Part shown: piece by piece, positions 28,273 through 37,185 of the stretch
How positions within the stretch are numbered: the stretch's first letter is position 1
Layout of the letters: every line of letters starts with the position of its first letter
Assembly: GCA_018715495.1 (NCBI GenBank)
Contig: DVLO01000010.1
Location: forward strand, 35,302 to 99,301
Direction: 5' to 3'
Source: Candidatus Limihabitans stercoravium
Lineage (GTDB): Bacteria; Bacillota; Clostridia; Christensenellales; CAG-314
DNA: 64,000 bases
The notes under the pieces: model-generated
Told to the model about the DNA's origin: nothing
What the model saw: the letters and a program-made list of their open reading frames with translations, nothing else
The model's database searches: none
Translations under genes and position numbers: made by a program

Positions 28273-29847
28273 ATGACTACTATAAACGCAAAATATCTTA
28301 CAAAACTTTATAAAAAGGAATACGCACTTAAAGATTGCAACATTGACGTGAGAAACGGTGAGTTTCTTGTCATTATGGGACAATCAGGATGCGGCAAGAC
28401 CACTTTACTTAAGATTCTTGCAGGGGTGGAAAAGACAACCTCCGGCGAACTGTATCTGGACGGAGTAATTGCCGACAGTATCCCTTTAAAAGACAGAGAC
28501 ATCTCATTGGTTTTTCAGGAATATGTTCTGTATCCTAACATGACAGTGTACGAAAACGTGGCTGTTGCGCTGGAAGGCAAGATGGATTCGCAGCAGATCT
28601 ACGACAGAGTCATGCCCGTGTTGAGCAAATTGGGACTTGACTGTGCAATGAATCAACGTCCAAGGACATTGAGCGGCGGACAACAACAGCGTGTTGCTCT
28701 TGCCAAGGCAATTGTCAAGCAATCCAGATTGATACTGCTTGACGAACCCATGAGCAACGTTTCCCCATTACAGCGTGTGGAATATTGCCAATTGTTGTTG
28801 CAGTTGAAAAGACAGTTGCCCGAAACTACCTTTGTCTATGTTACGCACAATTCCTCCGAAGCGTTGACGCTTGCCGACCGCATTGCCGTAATGAAGGATG
28901 GCAGGGTGGAATACTGTTGTGACAGAAAGAATTTTCTTTACAACTTTTCCAATGTGGATGCACTGGAAGTATTTTCAGGCAACGTTACCAAGGTTTTGGG
29001 AACATGGCACAACGGATTTGTTTCCGATGAACCGATTTCCATCTCTAAACGTGTATTGGACACTTGCCGTGCGACGGACGGTCAACAACTTGTTGCCATT
29101 TCCAACAAGATGGACAACGGTAACTACTATCTTTTCGATCAGGATGGCAGGGCTGTAAGTGGTGCGGTAAACGAAGTTTGCGTTTCGGCACGTCTTGACG
29201 GTAACATCCTGCGTGTTGGAAATCAGGAAATAGCACTGGACGAACAGTTCTGTTCACGACTGTTAAAGAAACACGGTGACGTCACCATGCAGTTCAGAGC
29301 GGACAAATTGAGTAAGGTTAGACTTCCCAACAGTTTCAGATTGTTGCTTGATGTGGTGTACAATGACGGCGACATACTGGGAGTCAGTTGGCAGGGTACA
29401 ACATTTTACATGCTGCGTCGAACAAATTTACAACCGGGCGAACAGATTTACATGTACGCACTGACGGAAGATGTCGATTTGTTTGACGGTCAGCGCATTA
29501 CTGCGCATTACCCAATCAATCAGTGTAGCGTTCCCATGAAGGTGGTAGATTACGGCAGACGCATTGTGAAGATACTGGGTTACAAGTATGCCGTTTCGTC
29601 GGATGTAACAGGAAAAACACGTGCTTTATTGTCTGTCGACAGCTTGCGGTTAGCTAAAAAATCGGATAAAAACACAATAAAGGTGCGTGAAGTACTGGAT
29701 GAAGATATTCTGGGTGAACAGAAGATTGTTTATTGTATTGTGGACGGCGTGGACGGTTACGTCGCAGTGTTGACAAAGAGTGAAAATCTGTGTCTTGAAC
29801 AAAATATCAGATTGTGTCTGAACGCCGAAAAAGTCAGTTTGAGTTAG
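28273..29847 (+). CDS. MalK/UgpC/MsmX-like ABC ATPase with an unusually long C-terminal extension
   Basis: Walker A GQSGCGKTT, Q-loop, signature LSGGQQQRV, Walker B LILLDEP and H-loop VTHN. The ATG follows the upstream TAG directly. 524 aa. Confidence 0.85.
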   Translation: MTTINAKYLTKLYKKEYALKDCNIDVRNGEFLVIMGQSGCGKTTLLKILAGVEKTTSGELYLDGVIADSIPLKDRDISLVFQEYVLYPNMTVYENVAVALEGKMDSQQIYDRVMPVLSKLGLDCAMNQRPRTLSGGQQQRVALAKAIVKQSRLILLDEPMSNVSPLQRVEYCQLLLQLKRQLPETTFVYVTHNSSEALTLADRIAVMKDGRVEYCCDRKNFLYNFSNVDALEVFSGNVTKVLGTWHNGFVSDEPISISKRVLDTCRATDGQQLVAISNKMDNGNYYLFDQDGRAVSGAVNEVCVSARLDGNILRVGNQEIALDEQFCSRLLKKHGDVTMQFRADKLSKVRLPNSFRLLLDVVYNDGDILGVSWQGTTFYMLRRTNLQPGEQIYMYALTEDVDLFDGQRITAHYPINQCSVPMKVVDYGRRIVKILGYKYAVSSDVTGKTRALLSVDSLRLAKKSDKNTIKVREVLDEDILGEQKIVYCIVDGVDGYVAVLTKSENLCLEQNIRLCLNAEKVSLS

Positions 29848-29865
29848 ATTGTATTCAGTAGATTC

Positions 29866-29900
29866 AAGCGGTGCGGACTGTTTATGTCCGTACCGCTTTT
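29866..29900 (+). terminator. Rho-independent terminator
   Basis: AAGCGGTGCGGAC / GTCCGTACCGCTT followed by TT. Confidence 0.7.
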
Positions 29901-29991
29901 AAATTTGTAAAATGTGCGGTAGGTTGTAGGGCAGGTGTCGTTCAACGTGTTTTTTCGATGTTGCCAAAAGCGGTAGCGGTACAACTCAATT

Positions 29992-30002
29992 TGTGGTATA
30001 AT
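29992..30002 (+). promoter_or_regulatory. Extended -10 promoter element TGTGGTATAAT upstream of mutT
   Basis: TGnTATAAT consensus; the same 13-mer TTTGTGGTATAAT occurs in front of uvrC. Confidence 0.45.
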
Positions 30003-30029
30003 GTAGAAAAACATTTCGGGTGGTGTAGC

Positions 30030-30410
30030 GTGGTAGAAGTAGTAGCGGCATTGATTTGGAAGAAAGACAGGTTTTTAGCCTGCCAGAGACCTCACAACAA
30101 GGCAAGAGCATTGTTGTGGGAATTTGTAGGCGGCAAGGTGGAAGCGGGAGAGAACAGGCAACAAGCCCTTGTACGTGAATGTCGTGAGGAATTGGGGATT
30201 ACAGTAAATGTCGGCGACGTGTTCATGGAAGTTGTGCATGATTACCCTGACATTACAGTGCATCTGACATTGTTCAACTGTACCATTGCCGAAGGTCAAC
30301 CGCAGAAATTGGAACACAACGACATACGTTGGATTACAACAGAGGAAATACCCAATTACAATTTCTGTCCTGCCGATGACGAAATACTGAAAAAACTGAT
30401 GTCCATGTGA
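30030..30410 (+). CDS. mutT: NUDIX hydrolase, MutT-like (8-oxo-dGTP diphosphatase type)
   Basis: Nudix box GGKVEAGENRQQALVRECREELGI. I prefer the GTG at 30030, which gives 126 aa, because the ORF-track start at 29871 lies within the upstream terminator. Confidence 0.7.
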   Translation: MVEVVAALIWKKDRFLACQRPHNKARALLWEFVGGKVEAGENRQQALVRECREELGITVNVGDVFMEVVHDYPDITVHLTLFNCTIAEGQPQKLEHNDIRWITTEEIPNYNFCPADDEILKKLMSM

Positions 30411-30501
30411 CGGACTGCCCGTCGTGTCATTGCCGTTTAGCAGTTTTTGAAAAATGTGGCAGTGTATTGTTTTTTTTCGTAACGTCATTGTATTTTAACG
30501 C

Positions 30502-30533
30502 AAAAAAAGTCCAAGTATCTCTACTTGGACTTT
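30502..30533 (-). terminator. Terminator of upp (usable in both directions)
   Basis: AAAGTCCAAGTA / TACTTGGACTTT; the flanking A-run reads as a U-run on the minus strand. Confidence 0.75.
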
Positions 30534-30549
30534 CGTCATGTTTGGGTGT

Positions 30550-31188
30550 TTACTTTGTTCCGAAGATACGGTCGCCTGCGTCACCGAAAGCTGTAACGAT
30601 GTAACCCTTTTCGTTCAGCGGTGCATTTGCAAAGTGTGCAACGTAAATCTTGACGTCGGGGTGACGTTCCGCAACACGCTTGATTCCTTCGGGTGCTGCA
30701 ATCAATGACAGCAACTTGATGTTCTTGCATCCTCTTTGTTTGATGAAGTCGATTGCTGCAGCGGCACTTCCGCCTGTTGCAAGCGCAGGGTCAACAACCA
30801 TTACCTGACTGTCGGGCGCTTCCTTGGGCAACTTGCAGTAGTATTCGTGTGGTTCAAGTGTTTCTTCGTCACGGTACAATCCGATGTGTCCGATTCTTGC
30901 CTGCGGAAACAGTGCGACAAGACCGTCTACCATTCCAAGACCTGCACGCAGTATCGGTACGATTGTTACGTCGTCCTTTATTACAGGGGACATGAACTTA
31001 GACAATGGTGCCTGAATTTCCACTTCTGTTGTTGCAAGATCTCTGTACGCTTCGTAACCCATCAGCATTGCAACTTCGCTGACGATTTCACGGAATTCCT
31101 TTGTTCCCGTTGTGACGTCGCACAGTTTGGTTATCTTGTGAGCAATGAGCGGATGATTGAAGATTGTTACGTTTTTCATGTAATCCAT
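30550..31188 (-). CDS. upp: Uracil phosphoribosyltransferase
   Basis: [17 protein letters not shown] and [11 protein letters not shown] (PRPP site); 212 aa. Confidence 0.9.
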   Translation of the reverse strand: MDYMKNVTIFNHPLIAHKITKLCDVTTGTKEFREIVSEVAMLMGYEAYRDLATTEVEIQAPLSKFMSPVIKDDVTIVPILRAGLGMVDGLVALFPQARIGHIGLYRDEETLEPHEYYCKLPKEAPDSQVMVVDPALATGGSAAAAIDFIKQRGCKNIKLLSLIAAPEGIKRVAERHPDVKIYVAHFANAPLNEKGYIVTAFGDAGDRIFGTK

Positions 31189-31264
31189 TGTAGTAATCCC
31201 CTTTAAATTGGTTTTAATCAGTATATATCAAAGGCGCCGAAAAGGCAAGTTTTTTCCAAACACA

Positions 31265-31293
31265 TTGACATGATGTGTGTGGTATGCTAAAAT
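31265..31293 (+). promoter_or_regulatory. Sigma-A-type promoter of pyrR
   Basis: TTGACA, a 17-nt spacer, then TAAAAT. Confidence 0.55.
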
Positions 31294-31322
31294 ATTGTTA
31301 CTGTAAAAATGAGGTGTAATAT

Positions 31323-31847
31323 ATGAACATCAAGGCTCAGATCATGGACGAACAGGCGATACGCAGGGCGTTGACACGTATTTCTTACGAAATTATTGAA
31401 CGTATGCCCGACCTGTCCAATGCCGTACTTGTGGGAATCAAGACAAGGGGTATTCCCATTGCAAAGGTTTTAAAGAAAAACATTGTTGCTTCCACAGGCG
31501 TTGACATTCCACTGTATCAGTTGGATGCACGCAACTATCGTGATGACATCAATCCCGAACAACGCACTGACAGTAAGTTTAGTGGAGACATTGCAGGTAA
31601 GGATGTAATTCTTGTCGATGACGTACTGTTTACCGGACGTACTACACGTGCGGCAATTGAGGCGATTCTGGACGCAGGACGTGCCTCAAGCATCAAACTG
31701 GCGGTGCTTGTAGATCGTGGACACCGTGAGTTGCCTGTCAAGGCGGACTTCGTAGGAAAGAACATTCCCACTTCCATGAAGGAAAAGGTTGTTGTTGCGG
31801 TTGGACCGTTGGACGGCGAAACAGGTGTGTTCATCTACGAACAGTAG
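31323..31847 (+). CDS. pyrR: Bifunctional pyrimidine operon regulator / uracil phosphoribosyltransferase PyrR
   Basis: 174 aa; AIRRALTRISYEIIE and VILVDDVLFTGRTTRAA. Confidence 0.9.
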   Translation: MNIKAQIMDEQAIRRALTRISYEIIERMPDLSNAVLVGIKTRGIPIAKVLKKNIVASTGVDIPLYQLDARNYRDDINPEQRTDSKFSGDIAGKDVILVDDVLFTGRTTRAAIEAILDAGRASSIKLAVLVDRGHRELPVKADFVGKNIPTSMKEKVVVAVGPLDGETGVFIYEQ

Positions 31848-31897
31848 TGGCAATTGCTTGTTGTACTGCTGTAAAACACAATTAAATCGGTATAATT

Positions 31898-31936
31898 AAA
31901 GCACACTGTGAGTGTTCTCAGCAGTGTGCTTTTTTG
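31898..31936 (+). terminator. Terminator between the convergent pyrR and uracil permease genes
   Basis: AAAGCACACTG / CAGTGTGCTTT followed by TTTT. Confidence 0.75.
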
Positions 31937-31953
31937 TTATATTCTGTGGGAGG

Positions 31954-33405
31954 TTAGTTGTTTTCTTGTGTAGCAGTTGTCTGTTCATCTGATTGGTATT
32001 CTTCAACGATTACCATTCCGGATTCTTCATCTTCTTCTGTTTCGGGACGCTTGCCAACGATTGCATTTGTGATAAGACCTACAATCAGTGCTGCTGCAAC
32101 AGCTGTGATGCTGAATGCTGCACCGCCTGTGATTTCATTCTTACCGAAGTTGAATGCAAGTCCGCCGATACCGCATACAAGGATTGATGCAACTACGAAC
32201 AGGTTTCTGTTGTCGCCAAGGTCAACCTTCTTGAGCATCTGCAAACCGCTTACTGCGATGAAACCGTACATTGCGATACAAGCACCGCCCATTACACATT
32301 TGGGGATTGTGTTGATTACAGCAACGAATGGTGTGAAGAATGCAAGCACGATACAGCCGATACCTGCTGTCATGATTGAGATTACAGAAGCGTTCTTTGT
32401 GATTGCTACACAACCTATAGATTCACCGTATGTTGTGTTTGCACATCCGCCGAAGAAAGCGCCTACGATTGAACCAAGACCGTCACCAAGAAGTGTTCTT
32501 GTAAGACCGGGATCCTTGATAAGATCTTTTTCAACGATTGTGCTGAGGTTCTTGTGGTCAGCGATGTGTTGAGCAAGTTCAACTACACCGATAGGAGCGA
32601 ACAGCAGTGCAAGGTTACCGATTGCAGCGGCATCCAGAGGATATTGACCTTGAGTCTTGATTGCCATCAAGAATGTGAAGTCAGGGATACGAAGGAAACT
32701 TGAGAATGTGATTGTTCCGAATGCATCGATGAAAGGTTGGAAGTTTACGATTTTCAGGCTGTCAACCTTAGCGATGTATCCGATTGCTGTAAGTATCAAT
32801 GTGAACACGTAACCAGCGCCGATACCTACGATGAAGGGAATCAACTTGAATGTCTTGTTACCCTTTGTCGATGTAAGTACGATTGTAAAGAAGGTAATCA
32901 AACCGCAAACTATGGAGAGCAGGCTGTAGCTTTCAGCTGTTCCGCCGTTGTGCATGATCCAGTCTGTAGCTGTGGGGGACAATCCCAAACCGATGATTGT
33001 TACAACAGGTCCGATTACTACTGCGGGCAACAACTTGTTTACCCAACCCGAACCGATGAACTTAGTGATGATTGCAAGTACGATGTAAACCAATCCTGCG
33101 AAAGCAACACCGATAATCAGTCCCCAGTAACCGTAGTTCTGAGTAGCTGCCGCACTCATTGCGCCAAGGAACGTGAATGAGCTTCCAAGGAATACGGGGC
33201 TCTTTCTCTTAGTGCAGAAGATGTAAACCAGTGTACCAAGACCTGCACCAAGCAGTGCTGCCGATAGATCCATTGTGAGACCAACGCCTGTGATGATCAT
33301 GGGAACAAGCAGTGTTGCAGCCATGATTGAGATCATTTGCTGGAATGCAAAAATCAGCGTCTTTTTGAAACCGGGGTTGTCTGAGATGCCGTAGATGAGT
33401 TTCAT
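31954..33405 (-). CDS. pyrP: Uracil/xanthine permease (NCS2 family) with an acidic C-terminal tail
   Basis: Polytopic, with NCS2-like blocks (QHIADHK.., GESIGC). I chose the ATG at 33405, preceded by GGGAGG; the ORF-track start at 33459 lies in the leader. Confidence 0.85.
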   Translation of the reverse strand: MKLIYGISDNPGFKKTLIFAFQQMISIMAATLLVPMIITGVGLTMDLSAALLGAGLGTLVYIFCTKRKSPVFLGSSFTFLGAMSAAATQNYGYWGLIIGVAFAGLVYIVLAIITKFIGSGWVNKLLPAVVIGPVVTIIGLGLSPTATDWIMHNGGTAESYSLLSIVCGLITFFTIVLTSTKGNKTFKLIPFIVGIGAGYVFTLILTAIGYIAKVDSLKIVNFQPFIDAFGTITFSSFLRIPDFTFLMAIKTQGQYPLDAAAIGNLALLFAPIGVVELAQHIADHKNLSTIVEKDLIKDPGLTRTLLGDGLGSIVGAFFGGCANTTYGESIGCVAITKNASVISIMTAGIGCIVLAFFTPFVAVINTIPKCVMGGACIAMYGFIAVSGLQMLKKVDLGDNRNLFVVASILVCGIGGLAFNFGKNEITGGAAFSITAVAAALIVGLITNAIVGKRPETEEDEESGMVIVEEYQSDEQTTATQENN

Positions 33406-33427
33406 TTTGTTACCTCCCAAAATTTTG

Positions 33428-33470
33428 CAAAAAAAAACCTTGTGTACGTACAGAAACATACAACAAGGTA
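33428..33470 (-). terminator. Leader terminator/attenuator upstream of the uracil permease; candidate PyrR-controlled
   Basis: On the minus strand: ACCTTGTTGTA...TACACAAGGT followed by T9. It lies between the promoter and the RBS. Confidence 0.5.
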
Positions 33471-33548
33471 GACCTTTACATTAGAAGTATAACCAAATGT
33501 GAATTCTTGTCGATATCTCTGTATCGTTTTTAAAGATTTCTGTGACGT

Positions 33549-33577
33549 ATTCTAGCACAGCAATTACAAGGTGTCAA
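33549..33577 (-). promoter_or_regulatory. Sigma-A-type promoter of the uracil permease leader
   Basis: On the minus strand: TTGACA, a 17-nt spacer, then TAGAAT. Confidence 0.5.
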
Positions 33578-33656
33578 ACATTTAAACGCACTTTTTTTAA
33601 CAATTGTTGATTTTTATTTTAAGTTGTTGTACAATGTAGAAAACAAGGAGGCGGAT

Positions 33657-34076
33657 ATGAAAATACTGGTCAGCAAGTGTCTGTTGGGATACAATTGTAG
33701 GTACAAGGGTGACAACTGCCTGAATGCCAAAGTAATCGATCTTGTAAAACAGGGACATCAGGTTGTTGCGGTGTGCCCCGAACAGGACGGCGGATTGCCC
33801 ACCCCCAGAGACCCCGGCGAAATCGTAGGGGACAAGGTACTTACTAAAGAGGGCAAGGATATCACTGCCGAATACCGCAAGGGTGCGGAACACGCTCTTG
33901 AACTTGCCCGTAAAGAAGGTGTCGATATGGCGGTGCTAAAGAGCAAGAGTCCGTCATGTGGTTGTGGCAAGATTTACGACGGCACATTTAGCGGAACGCT
34001 GAAAGATGGCAACGGCGTCACTGCTCAGCTGTTGTTGGACAACGGCGTAAAGGTAGTAACTGAGGAGTTACTTTAA
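33657..34076 (+). CDS. DUF523 family protein (TudS-like, the family of 2-thiouracil desulfidases)
   Basis: MKILVSKCLLGYNCRYKG, CPEQDGGLPTPR and KSPSCG cysteine motifs; AAGGAGG RBS. Confidence 0.8.
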   Translation: MKILVSKCLLGYNCRYKGDNCLNAKVIDLVKQGHQVVAVCPEQDGGLPTPRDPGEIVGDKVLTKEGKDITAEYRKGAEHALELARKEGVDMAVLKSKSPSCGCGKIYDGTFSGTLKDGNGVTAQLLLDNGVKVVTEELL

Positions 34077-34099
34077 AATCTGTATTTAAGGAATATTTT

Positions 34100-34300
34100 A
34101 TGAACATACTGGTAATTAACGGAATGCCCAAGGGGGCTAACAGCACAACACTTCAGACGGCACTTTATTTGCAGGCGAAAAATCCCAACCATCAATGGCA
34201 GTTTCTTGACGTAGGATAACGTATCAAGGCGATTGAAAAGGATTTTTCCACAGCACGTCAGTTGTCAGAGCAGGCGAAGAAGGAAATTGAAACAAAGTAA
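34100..34300 (+). pseudogene. Decayed flavodoxin-like NAD(P)H-dependent oxidoreductase (nonsense codon plus internal deletion)
   Basis: MNILVINGMPKGANSTTLQTALYL...FLDVG-TAA-RIKAIEKDFS, then only 18 more codons in the same frame. As I recall them, homologues are about 200 aa and read VGQRIK at this point. Confidence 0.45.
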
Positions 34301-34343
34301 TTGAGGATTTTTTTATCAGTTTTAAACTGAAAAGGAGTATATC

Positions 34344-34718
34344 ATGAAACAAAGATTTTTCATCTGTGAACATTGCGGAAACATCATTGCAATGGTCAAG
34401 GACAAGGGTGTTCCCGTATTCTGCTGTGGACAGAAGATGACGGAACTTGTTGCAGGTACCGTTGAAGCGTCAGCAGAAAAGCACATTCCCGTCTACAAGG
34501 TAGAAGGAAACAAGGTGCATGTAACAGTAGGTTCAGTTGAACACCCAATGCTTGAAGCACACTTTATCGAATGGATCAGCCTTGAAACCAAGCAGGGCAA
34601 TCAGAGAAAGGTACTTGAACCCGGTCAGAAGCCCGAAGCGTGTTTTGCAATGTGCGAAGGTGACGAAGTGGTTGCCGTTTACGCTTACTGCAACCTGCAC
34701 GGATTGTGGAAGGCTTAA
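34344..34718 (+). CDS. dfx: Desulfoferrodoxin (class I superoxide reductase)
   Basis: N-terminal CEHCGN...FCCG desulforedoxin site; SOR domain with EKHIP, HPM and CNLHGLW; 124 aa. Confidence 0.85.
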   Translation: MKQRFFICEHCGNIIAMVKDKGVPVFCCGQKMTELVAGTVEASAEKHIPVYKVEGNKVHVTVGSVEHPMLEAHFIEWISLETKQGNQRKVLEPGQKPEACFAMCEGDEVVAVYAYCNLHGLWKA

Positions 34719-34746
34719 AAACATCGAAAAAAAGAAAGCATCCTTT

Positions 34747-34788
34747 GATGTGTACCTCCAAAAGTGTCTAACTTTTGGGGTACACATC
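34747..34788. terminator. Long hairpin at the left edge of the A+T-rich methyltransferase island
   Basis: GATGTGTACCTCCAAAAG / CTTTTGGGGTACACATC, between convergent genes. Confidence 0.6.
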
Positions 34789-34829
34789 ATTGTTGTGTCA
34801 TCCCTTTAATTGTAATTTTATGTTGTAAC

Positions 34830-37064
34830 CTATTTTATTAACTCGTACTTGAACAACAAAGGAACTATGTAATCATTATAGTAGACTTTTACAGTAGTAT
34901 CTAGAGTTTTTATTGCTGTATTTAAATTAGCATATTTATAAACAAGTACGGGTTCGCCTTTACTATTTTCACGTCCTGAATCTATTTTTATATTTATATC
35001 TTCAAGTATCTGCCATGTGCCAAAACGGAAGTTTGGATTTCTTGAAACCGTTGCTTTGTATTCGTCAGTACGCATTGCTTCGTAAACTACATCATCCCAG
35101 TATTTTAATAATCTATTTTCAATCTCGGATAATACGTGACCATCATTTATAAAATTCGCCAAACTATTGTAAGCAATAGTGTCTTTTTGATCAAAGCATA
35201 ACTCGTTTCGATAAAACCGACCATCACTCCCCAACAGAGATCGACATTTGTTTTTCGAGGTCAATGCTGTATAAATTAAGCAACGTTTAAGAAATTCCTT
35301 GTCGGTTAAGTAACTTCCTTGTCCATCGTAGGACTTCGAATAGACATCAGTTTTATACCATTTATCGTACGCAAATGTCGCAGCTGCAAATAACGGTAAC
35401 TTTTCTAGGAAATTATCACATCGCAGATAAAATCCATGAGCCTTATATAAACCACCTCTGGTTAAAGTCACATCTTTCCTGTCGATTTGAAAATTACTTG
35501 TCATGAGATAAGCTAATATATTTTCATTAAATAGTGGTGTTATATATTTTTTACGACCGTTTTCAATAAATTCCGTTCCGTCCCTTTCGAAAATGATTCC
35601 CAGTTGGTCATTTTTGAATGTGCGTTTGTCGTAAGCCTCAGAAAGATTGTGGTAAGCTTTTCTAATTATAATTTCATCATCTATTGCTTTATGTACTTTA
35701 TCACCAACAATATCAAAAGCTGTTAGTCTCAGCGAAGTTGTTTCGTAGTCGTCAATATTGCTCCAATGTATGCAACCTATTGCAGAATTTTGAGAAGCAT
35801 GAAATTCTTTTCGATTACATAAAAATCCGCCCCAAAACTTTTTGTTTACAAGATTTTGATTTCTCCAGTATTTGGTTGGTGAATATAAAATGTAACTATC
35901 AGTAGGTTTTTTTAGGTAATATTTAAATCCACTCCAAATAAAAAGATTAGAAAGGTCGTTTAGTACTACTCCCTTATGTTCTTCACGCATTCTTTGAATA
36001 ACGTAGCTTTGTTTCCATGCATTTTCTTTTTTACCTGTGTTTTGAGTACCGCCACTACCAGATTCACTAAATGGTGGATTTTCCATTAAAATTACAACAC
36101 AGTTTTTATCATTTATTTTTTCACGTATGTAATCGTTAGAAACCCCTTGTTCGTTATGCTCGGCGGGAATAATATCGTAAGCTAATGCGTCTGTATTTGG
36201 AATAACGACTAAACATTTGTCCCCATATTTTAAATTTAACAACACGTACTCGTTGAATTCAATAGTGGACAAAACACAATGCTTTAATATTTCATCGGGT
36301 AACCCCTCTTCTAAGTTTCCTGTGCCTGCACAACGATCAATAATAATATAGTCCATTCCATGGGGAATCTTATTTATTGCTTTAAACAATAATTTGTGCA
36401 TCTCGTTTACATAAGCTCTGGGTGTGTAGTATGCTCCATGTTCTCTTTGAAGTAATCCTGGATTCAAACAGTCCATTATGTCTTCAAATTCAATGTTGGT
36501 AATTTTTTCGTAAGGGTATATTCTATCTTTTAAAATATTTGGCTTGCGTATTTCTGCATTTGCACCTTTTATAAAACTGTCTTTGTTTGGGTTTAATTTG
36601 TAGTATTGCTGCGAAAGCCCAATAATATTAAATTTATCAACGTGGTATTTAACAAAATTATTGCTGTTTACATACTCAAATAGTTTTTGAAGACCAAGGC
36701 TTGTAGAATAATCGATTTCAATGTGTTTTGCTTTTGTAGTAAATTCGTCATTTCCTTTGCTTGCAGCTCCGAAATAAACTTTTTCAATATCTTCAAGCAA
36801 ATCTTCTGATTGAAATATGTATGCTATTTCTCGATTTAAATCATTAAGAATAATATTCGCAGGAAGTTTTTCTCCCCTAATACGAATACGTGAAGCGTAT
36901 TTAACGGCTTGAAATAATACCTTATTTATATTATCTATATTCAATTTGTTTTCATAAAGATTGCCTTTATCTATCCCGTCTGTGTTATGTGACAAATCGG
37001 GGTTAATTCCTATTTTATTATAAAATTCTTTTTGACCATCTATTTCTGCCAAGTAAGCTTTCAT
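34830..37064 (-). CDS. Gamma-class N6-adenine DNA methyltransferase, large single chain; candidate Type IIG/IIL (MmeI-like) restriction-modification enzyme
   Basis: Motif X GAYYTPRAYVNEM; motif I DRCAGTGN (36315-36338); motif IV NPPF (36069-36080). About 400 aa lie C-terminal of motif IV, consistent with a TRD (target recognition domain). The N-terminus has GID-x5-E-x-K. I chose the ATG at 37064, preceded by AGGAG. Confidence 0.75.
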   Translation of the reverse strand: MKAYLAEIDGQKEFYNKIGINPDLSHNTDGIDKGNLYENKLNIDNINKVLFQAVKYASRIRIRGEKLPANIILNDLNREIAYIFQSEDLLEDIEKVYFGAASKGNDEFTTKAKHIEIDYSTSLGLQKLFEYVNSNNFVKYHVDKFNIIGLSQQYYKLNPNKDSFIKGANAEIRKPNILKDRIYPYEKITNIEFEDIMDCLNPGLLQREHGAYYTPRAYVNEMHKLLFKAINKIPHGMDYIIIDRCAGTGNLEEGLPDEILKHCVLSTIEFNEYVLLNLKYGDKCLVVIPNTDALAYDIIPAEHNEQGVSNDYIREKINDKNCVVILMENPPFSESGSGGTQNTGKKENAWKQSYVIQRMREEHKGVVLNDLSNLFIWSGFKYYLKKPTDSYILYSPTKYWRNQNLVNKKFWGGFLCNRKEFHASQNSAIGCIHWSNIDDYETTSLRLTAFDIVGDKVHKAIDDEIIIRKAYHNLSEAYDKRTFKNDQLGIIFERDGTEFIENGRKKYITPLFNENILAYLMTSNFQIDRKDVTLTRGGLYKAHGFYLRCDNFLEKLPLFAAATFAYDKWYKTDVYSKSYDGQGSYLTDKEFLKRCLIYTALTSKNKCRSLLGSDGRFYRNELCFDQKDTIAYNSLANFINDGHVLSEIENRLLKYWDDVVYEAMRTDEYKATVSRNPNFRFGTWQILEDINIKIDSGRENSKGEPVLVYKYANLNTAIKTLDTTVKVYYNDYIVPLLFKYELIK

Positions 37065-37185
37065 GATTGAATCTCCTATCGTAAATGCATACCAATTGTA
37101 ATGCAATTGCGTTAATTTGTCAATTTAATTGCGTATTATATTAAACGCAGATGCATAGTATAATAGCATAAAGGAGATTGCCTTT

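Noticed and set aside
29871-30029. Long N-terminal extension of the MutT-like ORF (start at 29871 in the track).
   Set aside because: The extension runs through the terminator hairpin at 29866-29900 and the extended -10 promoter. The Nudix domain begins after the GTG at 30030.
31898-31932. The terminator stems at 31898 and 48386 share AAAGCACACTG / CAGTGTGCTTT, and those at 43401 and 44520 share ACAGCCTCTG. I considered a dispersed repeat family.
   Set aside because: The shared stretches are only 10-11 nt and the loops and flanks differ. At this length chance or convergent terminator composition is sufficient.
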